Of a stretch of 64,000 nucleotides of DNA, positions 29,651 through 47,137 are shown piece by piece. Source of the DNA: the human T2T-CHM13v2.0 reference genome, Homo sapiens; the NCBI RefSeq assembly GCF_009914755.1, contig NC_060936.1; one strand, written 5' to 3'. The translations under genes were made by a program, and so were the position numbers. The notes under the pieces were generated by a model. The model was given only the letters and a program-made list of their open reading frames with translations, was not told the DNA's origin and searched no databases. Each line of letters starts with the position of its first letter. Within the stretch, counting starts at the first letter, position 1.

Positions 29651-32600
29651 TGTAATGCTATTTGGTGAAATGAAGGCATGATGAGAATCTAGTCCTCAGC
29701 TGTCTCTCTGAAATGGCCCTAAAATTTCTCAGGATACATCTGGCATACCTAAGTGAGAATGAGGTATCATGCTACCTCACAACATAGATCCTTCAGGACT
29801 GAAAGGGACTTAGGATTTGCTTTTTCATTCTTAAAGCCTAGGGAAATTCCAACGTTCCTGCACCATGGGGTATGGGGAAGGTGATATTAAGAACTTACAG
29901 CATCCGAGATATTACCCTACTTGCAGGCTAACAAGTTAGCCTGGCACAGTTTCATGGATGCATCAAGCTCCTAGGTCTGAGATAAAGGACAGTTTACAGT
30001 AATAACAGTAGTATCAGCATTTTTATGACAGGGCCCAGGTGATGCTAAGAGGGCCACATGACACCTACACACACAGTGGGTTGTGTTACAAGAGAGGAAC
30101 CTTGAATTTAGGGAAGCAAGTCTTTTTTATAATGGAAAGTAAACATGCTTGCCCTCTGCTCTAGCGAGCACTATTTCTATCTTTCCAGGCTGTTCACTAT
30201 TGGAAAAAAAAAACCCTTAAAAAGATTGTCTGGAACAAAGAGCAGTCAGCACATCATTCACAAGACATTCAGAAACACGAGACCCATGAAAAATCCTCTC
30301 CAATTCTTGTGGGCTTCTAATAAGACATTAGGATAGGGCTGCCAGAGGTCACTGGACATTAATTTACTCTTATTCACTAACTGGACAAGATCCTACATTT
30401 GAGCCTGATCAGACACTATTGACAATACATATTAAAACAGATACCTTTTCTCCACTACAACATCCAAGTTGAAATCTGACACACTTAGGCTCCCTGGTTA
30501 AGCAGCATGCCCCACCCAGCAACCTAAGTGTACACACACTAAAACAGTTATTTAGGGTCACAGGCTCCATTTGGTAAGTTTCTGGTAAGAAATTCAGCCT
30601 AAGACTTGTCAGTTTATGACAGCATTCTCTGTAGATACTGTAACAGGTAAAGATTTGAAAGTCATGTCCTACAAATATTCTGCCTAAGTTGTTAGTTCAC
30701 TCTACTCTGACTCACATCTCATTAAATATTTAAGCATCAAAGAGAGCAAATTTTCTGAGAATATAGATAAGATATACCATGGACATAGTGCTGATTTTGC
30801 TATTCTAACAACTCCATCTAGAAGACTGACAAATCCTACCCTCATCCCTCTCAACAAGAAGCACAGAATAAAAAATAACTTACAAACAGTGATGTACCAG
30901 TAAACTGACTTTCTAGGAAAGAAAATGAGCCCTGATTTGTAGTGCTTCTTAATTTCTGTGGTGTACATACATCCTTCATGGCCTACTTTAAACTTCCAGC
31001 AGTTTAACAACTGACTTGCAAGATGCCTCATAAGCTGGCACAAGGCAACTCTAGCACACCAATGACCAGTTGCCACAGTTATCATATGTAGTTCTGAGAT
31101 TTAATTCCTTTTGTGGCAGAATTACCACAGGATAATGATGTTGTAAAAACATCACAGCTTTAAGTCAATCTATGAAGCACTGCCACCATTGCCTGATACT
31201 ACCATACATCCAAACATTTAACGCACTTCTTCAGTCCCTATTATGTCCCATAAACAGGTCAGAAGGAACAGCCTATAAACTTTTTAGAAAATATTTTCAC
31301 AGAAAATCTTTTCCCTCGGTCTTTATATCCATTTTGGCACTCAGCTTCCACAACCACTTTGGCTTTGAGGCGTCACAGTAAGTAGTGCCATTAAGTTTTA
31401 TTTAAAATGCAATAAAGTGCTACTCTTAAGTAGCTGAATCTATGGCATACTGACCAAAGTATAATTATTATTAGGATTTTGCTAGAGAGTCATTACATGG
31501 CAATATCCAGTAACTAATAGCAGTAGATGTGATTCAGTGGAGAACTGGGCTGTATACCAAGAGCAGTAGTGAAGTGTTAGGGTTTTAAATAGGTATACTG
31601 TAATCAAGTTTCCATTTTTGTATCACCCAACTGCTTGGTGGAAAAGAGGCTGGAAACTGTTAAGACTGGAGAATAGAGAGGCTGGTTGTAGTAATACAGG
31701 TAAGAGGCAATTTTGAAAGGGTTCCGTTTCCAGTACTACAGCAAGTAAGAACTATTCCAGACTAATTACTGCCCCTGTCCCACCCCGAAAAACTACTGAA
31801 ATGATGCATAAAAGAGAAAACAAAGAATACGTTCTTAAAAACATCAAATAACTGTCAAGGTAGAATGGAATTATCAAATCAAAATCTAGGTAAAAGTGGA
31901 AACCCAAAGAAGTAATCATAGTACTGTAGCTGAATTTGCCCAACTACAAGAAAAGTCATCAATGCACTAAGCAGGGGTAAATTGCGGGGTGGGGGCAGAG
32001 AAGAACCATCCCTGGGAAATTGTCACCACAAGCTATCCCTTTGCTGATTTGTAGTCTAACTGAAGAACACTTGTGTGGTTGGGAAAACATCGTAAGCCAT
32101 GAATTTAGTTTCAAGTGGACCCAATCCAATAGTTTTCCCAGATGCTAGGCGAAAACCCAAATACTGTATGGAAAAGTGCACCTTCAATCAAGGCCTCAAA
32201 GAAATTCAACAAATAGTTTTTCAAGGACAATTACATAGTCAAAAATAACTGAACACTTAAAGAAAGAAAATATCATAAGAATTATCAGAAACAGCAGACA
32301 CAGACAGACGCACTTCAGAAATATCTGGTCTCAGATCTATATATGATCACTGTAATACCATTTCTATCAATCAATGTAAATTTATTATGAAGAGGCTGAA
32401 ATATAAGGCAAGTTTACCAGAAAAGGATTTAAGAGAGATGATACTGGAATTAATGAAAGGGAGGGAACAGTTGGAGATTGGGTTGAGAAGAGGAAGTAGA
32501 ACAAAACTTTCATCATATATGCCACACAAATATGTATGAAACATCCTTCCAAAGAAGGAAAAGAAAATAGAAAATGTTACCTCTCCCTAAATCAAACTCC

Positions 32601-33348
32601 ATTCTAATGAAACTATTTAAGCAGCTCGCGCAATTGTCAGTGTTGGCTGACCAACTATATTTTATCTCAATAGAGACTTCTGGTGTTCTGGATTACCAGA
32701 ATAAAAGGGGTGGGGGAGGAAAGAAAGTTTAGCAAGAGCAGAGTTTTGTAAATAGTGTTGTAACAGGAAAAAGAAAACGGTTGGGTGACTGTGCCAACAG
32801 GAAGCCACTGTGAGCTTAGAAAAGAGTCTATGCATTCCTACCAGGTGAGGGCAATGCTGTACCATAATCCTAATATAAAAAGGATCATTCCGTATATTTG
32901 TTTGAGGAAGGATACAGGTTAATCTAGATGGATCAAAAGGTCTTAAAGTTCATGCAGACCCTTTCAATACCTGTACTAATTACAGCGCTTCTTCCAAGAA
33001 GACGTGGATGGTCTTGGTAACATTTATGCTAAGACAAAGACTGAAGTAATTTCAGTAAATTCCATAATGTTAATAAAGCATACAAGCTTAAACTCTCTGG
33101 AAAGCTTATTTTTTTTTTTAATTCACTTCCCTTTCACTATAGGAGAGAAGCAAATAAGTCAAAGCCACTTTCCATTTCTGTGTATGTTCTAGGAGTAGGA
33201 CCTGGCCCTAGTACTCAAAGAGATGATCTCTTATTACCCTCCATTTTAAAAGACAGTACCCAAAAATAACAGTGTAGCACATTCCTCAAAACCACCTATA
33301 ATAATTAAAGACATCTATCTATTATATCCAAGAATATATACAACTTAC

Positions 33349-33466
33349 CCTGCTCCAAATTTGCTGAAATCCTTCTTAGATTGTAGAGTATACACAGTCA
33401 AACCAAAAAATACTGTAGTAGTCAGTATGAAAGCTTGCAGAATAATATATACATCATAGAAAGTAA
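33349..33466 (-). CDS. TMBIM4: TMBIM4 coding exon 5
   Basis: TTTTACAG| acceptor, GG|GTAAGT donor; 118 nt; (V)[38 protein letters not shown]. Confidence 0.96.
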
Positions 33467-35414
33467 CTGTAAAATTAAAACACTGATTAACATGCATATA
33501 AACATGCTCAATACAAAACAGCTTTTTCTGGCATTTTATAGAAATGCTTCATTTTCTCCTGTACTTTATGCCAATAAAAACAATTAGAAAAGATTTCTTA
33601 TCCATCCTTGACTACATGGGTACAGTGAAACCACACCCATAATGCAATTAACAGTCTCCAAAAAATTCATTCATACAAAATCAGAGGTCACATTATTACC
33701 AAGTTAATGAAATGACTGGAGAGCTATCACGCCTGTAGCCAGTTTGGAGTTCTACAGGTATGGGAGTGATTCTCAGCCATCTCTGTCCCAGGCACAGTTT
33801 ACCACCATCTGTGGTGATTGTCCATTATGGTTTAAATATCAATAGGGATGATTCTGGGTCTCCTGCCTGGCTGGGAATTCCTGGACAGTAGCAGCAAATC
33901 CAGCAATCATCTAGTTAGTTATACTTGGTTTATCAGCCCAAATCAAGGAAATTGGGAAAGAAAAATATTGGGGCTGTCTGGGGTTGCCTACCATTCACTT
34001 ACCCTGCAGAGGACAGAAACCAACCACTAACTGCTTTATATCCAAATGTGTATTATCTTGGAGTACATTATTTTGGGGTTTACTGAATATATGCCAAATT
34101 CCTTTCTGTAATTTTAGAATAATCATCCATTCAATTATGGCTATTGTAATAAAACTCCTTAACATTTTAATAAATTGCAAAGTTATAACCTCTTGGAGGT
34201 TAACTGCTTTGAACCCAAAGCCATTTAAGTAATTTTTAATTTTTCAGGGAGTAATTATTCATGTTCTTTCTATCATTAAATGCTACATGATTGGAATTTC
34301 TCTGTTTATGCCATTACAGGATTAGGAAGGTGAACATGGAAAAGATAAGACATGAAGTCCATTTTGCTTCTTGTCAGTAATTTAAGTATACGATTAGGTT
34401 GAAAAGATATTGCAATTACTGAGGAAAATAATGTTCTCAGATTACCTCATCTATGTTTTTCTACCCCCAATTCCAATAATCCTGAAATGAATCTCTCTCC
34501 TACATTCTTTATACATAGTAGGGGCTGGAGAAGGGAGAGATGGATTTGATAACCTTAATAGTAAGTAACATTAATAATAAGTAAATATTAATAATACTTC
34601 CTTTCTCTGTTAAGAAGCTTCAATCCTATTTATTATTTATTACTATTTATTTATATTGATTCTTTTAAAAAGAGATTACAAAAACATACAGATTAAACAA
34701 AACTGGCATAGAAAGGTTAAAAAAACTAATGACAAAGTAGGAAGAGTTAAATATATTAACTATAAGGATAAACAACTTGCTATTATGGAGAGTAATAATT
34801 AACTCTGACCTTTTTGGTACTCAAGGTTAACCATTTTGAGACAATCAGAATTTCTATTCTTAATTTACTGAAATTTTTTATTTGAGGCATTACATAGGGT
34901 ACATCAAGTAATTATAACAGAAACGGCCTTCAAACACATATTTAACATGAAATACAGAGCAGAAATTACCACTGTTTCTTGCAGTGCCATTTGATAAAAT
35001 ATGAGGATATAATGTTAAAGCACAGTTCAGTTTGGCACAGGCCAGTTAAAGGAGTTAAGCTCATACATATGATCAAAGTACGTGGCTCAGAACACATGTT
35101 CTCAGTTACTTGATGATAACTTTAAATTAGGGAAAAGATTAGCTATAGTTGTCTTATTTTTCTAAATGGGTAAACAAATGAAATACTGTTCTCCATTCCT
35201 TTTATTTTTCTTTTCCACTTCTAAGCTCAGCTGAAATATGTAAACGATAAATATCTAACTTTTGCTTATACTTTAGAAATTATTTGTCCTATGCTATATT
35301 TCTGAAATATGATATTCCATGATGTTAAACTTTAGCCCCAAATACCTTTTTACCTGAAAGATCTATCTACATTAAAAAGTTATTATAACATATAGAAATG
35401 CAGTTACGGCTTAC

Positions 35415-35448
35415 CAACAACTGCCACAGTCAGAGCTTCCAACAGCGT
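35415..35448 (-). CDS. TMBIM4: TMBIM4 coding exon 4 (34-nt mini-exon)
   Basis: TTTCATTAG| acceptor, G|GTAAGC donor; TLLEALTVAVV; required to keep the frame between exons 3 and 5. Confidence 0.93.
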
Positions 35449-36665
35449 CTAATGAAAAGAAACTTAAATTAGTGACTGTAAAATTTATACTATCTCATGT
35501 ACATTTTCTAATTTCTAGCAGCTTAATGTGATCCCATATGAATGATCTCATTTTAGCTTCAAAGCAGCCCTGCGAAGTATATGGGGCAGTTAGTAAACCC
35601 ACCATAATGAAAATGAGACCTCAGTATATTGAGTGGGAATATTAACATTCTAATTCTGATACTATGACTCTTTAAGCTCTAATCGCATATTTGTAACAGG
35701 AAGACTATAAATATAGAACATTCTGTTTTTCTTACTGTGTAATATAAATAAAAATACAATTGCAAAATTATGTGCACATTTATAAAACCTCAATACCTCA
35801 CACAAACATAGGAAGAATAAAATATTTAGGTAGTACTTTGGTGTGGGAGTCTTGAAAGTGTTTCCCAATATTCATTCTCTCTTTCTTCCCTAATAACAGA
35901 ATTTTTACCTGGACACATGGCTGTTCAGATTAAACTGCATTTTTTCAGTCTCCTTTGCAACTCTAGGTCTGACTACGTAACGATACTCTAGCCAATTTAA
36001 TGTGACTAAGATAGGAATTCAACTTCTGGATTGTGCTCTAAAAACAAAGAAAGACTTGCTCTCCCCTTCCTCTTCTCATTTGTTTGTATTAATAACTGGA
36101 TACTCTGTGGCTATGGAAGTGATCTATCTTATACCATATGATCTATCATATACCACTCTAGGAATGCCTGGACCTTAGCAGAAGCGTGGGCCCTTGTCAC
36201 CTTCACTAAATTGTCATTCAAATTTTTACATGAAGAGAAATAAACTATCTTGTTTAAGCCATTGTTATTTTGTCACTGTTTAAGTCAAGTCAGAAGTAGC
36301 TGAACCCATATCCTAAATAAAAGACTTGGGGATACTGAGCCATGTCCTCTAGCCTCCCTTTCCCCTTAATTACAGTATCTTTATTTTGTCTTATATCCTT
36401 ACTCTAGATAGATTTTATCAATCATCTGATAGACCATATCACAAAGGCAAAGCCAGAAATAAAGGCAGTGGCTGTATAATCACACTCCTGGTAGAAGCAT
36501 CCCTGTACTCCACCCTACCTGATATCAGGAAACCATCAGCACCAGAGCAAAAATGGTATTAGAAATTGTACATAGATGTGGAGGCAATGGAACTGCTGTC
36601 ACATTTTAATGCTTTTAGTAGTGCCAGCAAAAATGGTAGCAAAAGATGATAGAAATTTTTTTCTG

Positions 36666-36983
36666 GGCTGGGCATGGTGGCTCAGACGTGTAATCCCAGT
36701 ACTCTGGGAGGCCGAGGCAGGTGGATTGCTTGAGTCCAGGAGTTTGAGACCAGCCTGGGTGACACAGCAAAACCCCCTCTCTACGAAAAACACAAAAAAA
36801 TTAGCCAAGGATGGTGACATGCGCCTGTAGTCCCAGCTACTTGGGAGGCTGGGAGGTGGGAGGATCGCTTAAGCCCAGGAGGCAGAGGTTGCAGTGAGCC
36901 AAGTTCGTGCCACTGCACTCCAGCCTGGGTGACAGAGAGAGACCCTGTCTCAAAAAAAAAAAAAAAAAAAAGAAAGAAAGAAA
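36666..36983 (+). mobile_element. Alu (J-like)
   Basis: Dimer with A tail; AGAAATTTTTTT on both flanks. Confidence 0.9.
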
Positions 36984-37155
36984 TTTTTTTGGGGGGGGCA
37001 GGGCAACATGATTATACTATATTCTTGCTATTTATGACAAGATTTTAGGAAAGAAATCCCATACACATTCAAGTATCTAAGGAAACAGGATGGTATAAAT
37101 AAGAGTTAAGATAAGACTAGGAAAACATGATAATGTCCCTTTAAAACATATACAC

Positions 37156-37364
37156 ACATGCTCCTCGAGTTACAATGGGGTTACATGCCAATACACCCCA
37201 CTGTAAGTTGAAAATATCGTAAGTAAAAAATGTAGCTCAGAGTGTCTTTGGTTAAAGAATCACCAATGCTTAAAGTCTGAAATTTCGTGGTTGCATATTG
37301 CTTTGACACCATCATAAAAGTGGAAAACATTAAGGTGAATGATTCTAAGTTGAGGACTATCTAT
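37156..37364. mobile_element. MER47/Tigger5-like DNA transposon relic
   Basis: catgctcctcgagttacaatgggg ... taagttgaggactatct degenerate terminal inverted repeats. Confidence 0.6.
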
Positions 37365-37869
37365 CTATCTGTCTGTCTGTCTATGTGCATGCATACACAC
37401 ACACACACACTCCTACTAGGGCAAGATAAGATTCACCTCCTTTCTTATCTTGGTGGATCAGGACCAAAAAACTCCTAACGTTAAAGGTCCCTGAGTAATT
37501 TAAGGAAATGTATTGTACATACTTATTTGTTAAACCATTTTTAGCTATGGGCATGATGAATAGATTTAACAATCAGTGATTATCTTGCCTATAAGCATTT
37601 GGTTGATACTTTTCTAGTGGGACCTCTCCCTGCTGGGCAAAAGTTGAACCACACCCTCTTCCCACACAGAAATCAGTCTTTCTGAGAGGAGGCTACATGT
37701 AGATGCGAAGAGGAATTCTATATGGCCGTCTTTTTTTTTATACTTCCTCTTTCCTGAGACATAGCTGACTAGGCCAGGAGTTGGCTCTTACCCAAGGCCT
37801 GGCAACCCATATATTGACTAACAGCCTACAATGTGACCTGTGCCAACAACCAAGTGTACCAATCAGATT

Positions 37870-38222
37870 CTTTCTCTCTCCTTTCTTCCTTCCTTCCTTC
37901 CTTTTCCTTTCTTCCTCCCTCCCACCCCCCTTTCTTTTTAAGACAGGGTCTCACTCTGTCACTGAGGCTGGAGGGCAGTGGCGCAATCTCAGCTCACTGC
38001 AACCTCCACCTCCCGGTTTAAGTGATCCTCCTGCCTCAGCCTCCCAAGTAGTGGGACTACAAGCACGTGCCATAACATCTGGCTAATTTTTGTATTTTTT
38101 GCAGAGACAAGGTCTCACTATGTTGCCCGGGCTGGTCTCGAACTCCTGAACTCAAGCAACATGCCTGCCCCGGCCTCCCAAAGTGCGGGGATCACACAGG
38201 CGTGAGCCACCACGCCTGGACC
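37870..38222 (-). mobile_element. Alu (J-like) with a CT-rich expanded tail
   Basis: Reverse-complement dimer; CAGATTCTTTCT duplicated at the flanks. Confidence 0.9.
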
Positions 38223-38743
38223 AGATTCTTTCTGACTCAGGAATCTGAACTCAGAGATTGAAGCAATGGCAGTGGGAGCTAAAGTTAAATGACTCTGGGG
38301 GCAAACAATGGGTCATATAAAAATTAAAGATAGAAAAAGGGAAAACAATGTATAAGGACAACTGAGGTAGAGAAGAGATGTAATAGAACAAGGGAGAGGG
38401 GAACACAAACATTTGTCACTGAATTTCCTATGATATCATCATTTCTGGAATCTTCCTCCAGTTCTCCAGTTCATCTTCTTGAAGAGGATTTGGGTTGGTG
38501 GGTTCTCAAGCTCTTACATCCTTAAACTCCTTGTTATTTGCAATAACTTGAGTTAGAATTGACAATCTTGCAAACAAAAGAGCTTAAGATTTAAATGAAT
38601 AATCTTTCCTATTACTGAAACTTTCAAAGTCATCAGCTTTTCATTTTAACACAAACTCATTATCAGAATTCATAAACTTTTTAGTTTAAAGCATTTTAAT
38701 CTAATCAATAGCTTTTCCCACTCGTATTTGACTACAAGTATTC

Positions 38744-39045
38744 TTTTTTTGTTTGTCTGAGATGGGGTCTCACTCTGTCACTCAGGCTGGAGTTTAGTCA
38801 CGTGATCTCAGCTCACTGCAGCCTCCACCCCGCAACCCCGTTACAGTGATCCTCCCACCTCAGCCTCCCAAGTAGCTGGGACTATAGGTGCACACCACCA
38901 TGCCCAGCTAATTTCTGTATTTTTTTGTAGAGGTGGGGTCTCACTATGTTGCCCAGGCTGGTCTCAGACTCTCGGACTCCAGCAATCTGCCCACGTCAGC
39001 CTTCCAGAGTGCTGGGATTACAGGCATGAGCCACTGCACCCACCC
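38744..39045 (-). mobile_element. Alu (J-like)
   Basis: Reverse-complement dimer; CAAGTATTCTT duplicated at the flanks. Confidence 0.9.
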
Positions 39046-39777
39046 AAGTATTCTTAATATTACTTTGGAATGTTCTGAAGTAAATTTTTAGGTTAGAATC
39101 TAGTCATACTGGATGAGAAGAGGCAAAATAATTTTTTAGACAGATAACTTGAGGCTTATCCCCTTATTCTGGTCATATTCTAAACTGAATTTTCATAAGT
39201 GGTAGTTTGGGTTTTAATTTTCACAAATATCTCAACATACATGACTTAAAGTTGGGTTCTCCCAACTATAATTTTGAAAAAAGTTACTAATGCACATAAT
39301 TTGAGCAAAATGGTTCTTTAAAAGATCAGAGTGATAAGATAATAACAAAGAAGAGTTAACAATAAAGAATTTGAATTTTATGAAATTAAAGCCACAACAT
39401 AATTTTCTCCAAAGAAAATAATAGAATATTAGAGGTAGAAGGTATCACAAGGATTTATCTACTTTAAAATTCTCATTTTACATATGAAAAAACTTAGACA
39501 CAGAAAGGATAAATGCCTTGCCAAGTGTCACATAATCAGATAGCAGCAAAGCCAGGTCATCTATTCCAATTCAGCATTTTTTCCACTACATACTAATATT
39601 TGAAACTAATAAACTGTTAAAAGTTTTAAAAGACTATAAAATTACAATTAATTTCCTAAAGTACTCTAAAAAAAACTCATTAATTTTGTTCTGCCGTTGT
39701 TATATATGTATTATATATGCATTTATTTAAAACTCAGGAATAATTGTTAAGGGAATAGAGAAAGTCAGAGTACTCAC

Positions 39778-39883
39778 AAATCCAAAAAGTAGGTACAGGT
39801 TAAGGGGATACTTATGTCTGTTTAAAATCAACGCAAAAATCAAACCCAGAGATCCGAGGGCAAACAGCAAAATTAAGGCAGGA
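39778..39883 (-). CDS. TMBIM4: TMBIM4 coding exon 3
   Basis: CTTTCAG| acceptor, |GTGAGT donor; 106 nt; (S)[35 protein letters not shown]. Confidence 0.96.
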
Positions 39884-40399
39884 CTGAAAGACATAATATT
39901 AAGTGTTTCAAGTTAAAGAAAAAATAGCATGAGCAGTATTATCAAATTTAATAAAATTTATCTATTTTATATGTTTATGAAAGTACAGGGGAAAAAATCT
40001 GGAATGATCCACACCAAACTATCAAATTATTTTATATCTGGAAAATTTGAGGAGTACAAGGTAGAAAGGAGCCTCAAGACAAAGAAAAGAGCCCAAAATG
40101 AATGGGGGAAACTTTTTCTTTTTACCATATAAACTTCTATCACATTTGAATAATGTTTGCAATTAGTATACTAATATTATACAATAAAGAAATTTAAAAA
40201 TAACAACTACTTTCTTAGGATATTTGCCATATGGCTGTAATTTAAATTAAAGAATTTTACCTCACATAGCAAACTAATAGTTCAAGACTCCCCTTTGGTG
40301 GGGAGAAGGGAAGGGAGGACAGAAATTCTCTACTTCTATGAAAATATTCATTAGTTCTCCTTTCCTTTAATATAACAAAACTGTATCATGGAAATAATT

Positions 40400-40436
40400 A
40401 TGATTCATCCCTGATTAAAGATCAGGGATGAATCAT
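40400..40436. repeat. Perfect inverted repeat: 16-bp arms, 5-nt loop
   Basis: ATGATTCATCCCTGAT-taaag-ATCAGGGATGAATCAT. Confidence 0.95.
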
Positions 40437-40846
40437 GTGGAGCTCTTTTGAAAACTTCTTGGTGAAATTATGCTAGTCATGAGCCAAAACTAAAATGAAC
40501 GCACATTTATTTTTCAAGTACTGTCTTAGGCTTTGAGCACAGGGAATATAGTCTAATAAAGTTTTTAAAACTTAAGACTTTTAAAAATGGCATGCAGTAA
40601 AAATTCTTAATTTTTACCAAGGGTTTAACCCTAAGAAACTAAAGCTAAAAAGTTCAGAGGTAAATACCATGTTGTGGAGTATTTTTCTTCATCAAAAACA
40701 AAACTAATCAGGCTTATAAGAGTAAATGAACCTTTTTTACATTTTAACCTCAAAAGTTAATAGAAAAAAGTGGATTTTGTTTATAATATGCCTTTTTGAT
40801 CATATGCAATGTCTGAAAATTATTCATTACCATCTCATTACCTTAC

Positions 40847-40955
40847 CTCTCATGTACAAATGTCCGTACAGACTCAAAGTATAAAAAAACTGTTGAAGTC
40901 ACTGTAGTTAAGAGAACCTGCAGAGAAAGAATGCTGTAGACTTTTCTCAGAAAGG
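40847..40955 (-). CDS. TMBIM4: TMBIM4 coding exon 2
   Basis: TTTTAG| acceptor, AG|GTAAGG donor; 109 nt; (A)[35 protein letters not shown], containing the TMBIM-family FLRKVY motif. Confidence 0.96.
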
Positions 40956-42734
40956 CTAAAAGAGAAAAAAAATTACATTACTATTTTCTTAACCATTTAT
41001 CATAGAACAGTAAAATCAAATTTCCTCTTTAAAAAATTGTTTTTTACACGTATTCTTTCCTAATTTTCCTCCTAATAATGTAATGTATAACTAAAACTAG
41101 ACAAGAATACAAAGCTTCCAAAATAATTTAAAAATTGTAAGAGATATCTAAACCTCTCTCCAAAAAGCATGAGCCTAAAAAAAATTAGTGGGCCAAAATG
41201 TAAATGTTTTCATCAAAATGAAAAATGTATTAAATGCCTAGTTGTACACAGCAGGATACAACATAGCAAAAGACTAAAAGCAGAACATTTTAAAAGAATG
41301 ATTATATCTTGAATCTGAAAAGGAGAAATAGAAAGCATATAAACGTTAAGTTTTTTTATGTCTTAATTTCAAAAATAGTAAAACTATTTCCCCCAAATGA
41401 AACTTATCCTGAAAAGGCAAGTAATATATAAACTTACTTTCACTCATCTATTATTATTTCTCATTTATAGTACCCCTGCCTCTAGTTTCTATACAATAGA
41501 AAATCCTTTCATATTTTGTTATCAATACCCAGAAATCACCTCTAAGGCTTAATGATTCAATGCTTATTATTAAAGTCTTCTGATATACAGTGATACAAAT
41601 AATACAATGAACTTCCAAGAACTCATTACCACCTTCAGAAATAAAACATTAATAACAGTTCCCACCTTCTCTCTGTGATATCCCTCTCCCTTCACACTTC
41701 CGGCTAACTACAAATCATCTTTCAAGATGCAGCCTTTCTCAGTTCCGCATTCTGAATTAGATGTTTCTCCTTCATGTTCCTGAGGAACCCTAAACATACC
41801 ATTAATCACTTTATAATTGATAAGTCTACTTGTCCTTCACCCCCATTAGACTGTAAAGACCGAAAGCTCCCTAATAATTGGGAAGAAGCCTAATTCATTT
41901 CCTTACCCCCACCACTCAGCCTAGTGGATGGCATTGCATAAACAGTCGTTAAATTTTATTTGCTTTTAAATAAACTTTCATTAAATTTATGAAGGGTAAA
42001 TTTTACTAGTCAGGGAAGAGAAAAAGTATTATTCTGAAATGAAACAGAATAATGGAGCCACTGCTTAGAGGACTGTGCTTAGGCAGGCAATAAAAATCAT
42101 GTTGAATGACTTTTACCCAACAAAAGAAAATGTGATGTTGTCTCTTGCCTATCATGGCAATGCTCATGGTAGATGAGCATTAGATGGTGGATGTTCCTTT
42201 TGAAAAACATTCCTACTAAAGACCTGGCTTTCCAAGGAAGGGTGAAGTGCTTTGATGGCATGTCAGCCAAATATCAAGTTAAAAAAACAAAATCTTTCAC
42301 AGGAATAAGGGAATTTTCATGAATACTAAGGATTTAATAATCAAAATGCCTAAATATTAAACTTAATTTTTCCCTCTGGCACTCTTTCCAAAATCTAGAG
42401 TGAGTTTTTCCTGATGTCCTAAACAGATTTTACTGGGCATATGATTTAACCACTGACTCATAAGAACACTGAGTGTCCATTGTATTTTGGCTTAGAGATA
42501 AACAGTTCTCAACTCCACAACAGATCTATGACTTACTTTCTCAAAAAGGCCCTGATGTCTGAATGCTTTGGGAGGTCATTTCTATCTTTTTCATAAAAGC
42601 AGAGTAAAGAATATACTACTGGCATGGACAATGTTATTTGGGATATCTTTCTGCAAATTTAATTATTAAACCAAAGGTCAAGCCATTACACCTGCAAGGG
42701 ATTTTCTGGGCTATGAGAAAAAAAATCATATTCT

Positions 42735-43138
42735 TTACACTACAGCCTCCATGTCCTGGATTCAAGCCATCCTCTAGACTCAGCCTCCCAAGCAGCTGGG
42801 AATACAGGCCCACACCAGGATGGGGTGTGTGTGCACACGTGTGAGAGAGAGAGAGAGAGAGAGAGAGGCAGGGTCTCACTCTGTCACCCAGGCTTAAGTG
42901 CAGTGGCATGATCATGATTCACTGCAGCCCCAATCTCCAGGGCTCAAGCAATTCTCCTAACTCAGCCTGCCCAGTAGCTAGTACTACAGGTGCATGCCAC
43001 TACGCCCAGCTAATTTTTTTGTAGAGATGGGGTTTTACCACATTCCCGGGCTGGTCTTGAACCCCTGGGCTCAAGTGATCCACCCACCTTGGCCTCCCAA
43101 AGTGTTGGGATTACAGGCAGGAGCCACCGTGACTGGCC
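42735..43138 (-). mobile_element. Alu fragment plus Alu (J-like) joined by a (GT)n(GA)n microsatellite (about 42825..42868)
   Basis: Alu sequence on both sides of the dinucleotide run. Confidence 0.8.
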
Positions 43139-44329
43139 CTGGAATGTATTCTTTACTTTTGATACCCTATTATGTACCTCATATAACTCAAACCCAATCC
43201 ATATGATATATATTCTCTCAAGCAGTGGAAATTAGTGTTATTTCTTACCATTTTGTAAAACTGATTTACAGTTCAAAACAATGTGCACATTAAGATCTAA
43301 TGTTTATTTGTATATATGTACACAAGTGCATATGTAATAAAAGACTAGAATAATATACATCCAGGTGTTCGTATACCCTGGGCAGTAGTACTAAGGATAA
43401 TTTTCATATTCAGTTCTTTACTAATCTGTATTTTTTAGATACCAGCAGTATGTATTACTATTGCAATTAAAAACATTTTAAAGAAACTCGTGCTAAGCCT
43501 TTAAGTTCATACTAAAAAATTCTCCTTATGCAGATATTCCAGACCATAACTTTTTCTATACTTTAGTATCATAAGCCAAATCCCAGGCAAAAGCAGTATT
43601 GACACCCATTGTGAATAATATAAAAAGTAGCAAAGGACATGCATATACAGCTTTCAGGAAAATATAAAAGATTCAATATGAAAAGAATACTAGTCAAACA
43701 GCAAGATTTTCCAATTTTTGTTGAGTCCTGATTTCTTCCCTTCTATTTGACATCTCAAAACTTAACATGGCCAAAACTGGAGCTCTTCATTTATCCAAAT
43801 TTGCTGTTCTCCCAGTGTTCTCATCGATAACCAGCACCAACATCATCCAAGCCAAAAACATAGAAGTCATCTTTGATTACCCCCTCCCTGTTCCCAATCT
43901 ATCAGCAACTACTGTAGTTCTACCTTTGAAAGTACAACGTATCTGCCTCTTTTGGTCTCCTCTGTTACCTCCCTAGTCAAAGTGTGCCTAATCTCTCACC
44001 TGGACCACTGGAGGAACCTTCTGATTGGTCCCCATGCTTTCACTCTTGTCCCACCTATTTCTCCACACACTCTGTCAAAGTGATTTTTATGTAAAGTAAA
44101 CCATATCATGTGACTCTGCTTAAATACTTAAATAATCGTTCCACTTAAAATAAAATGTGAAAGATTTTATAGGACCTACAAGGTCCCACATGATGTAGAA
44201 CCTTTCCAATCTCATCTCAGCACTCTCTCTCTTCCTCACCATGCTTTACCCACATTAGTCACTTTCCCGCTTCAGGGCCTTTGCACTTGCTCTTTCCTCT
44301 ACTTGGAATGCCCTTATCATTCTTTACAT

Positions 44330-47137
<2,808 letters not shown>

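Noticed and set aside
29880-30310. Possible additional old LTR
   Set aside because: I could not assign termini or a family with confidence by eye
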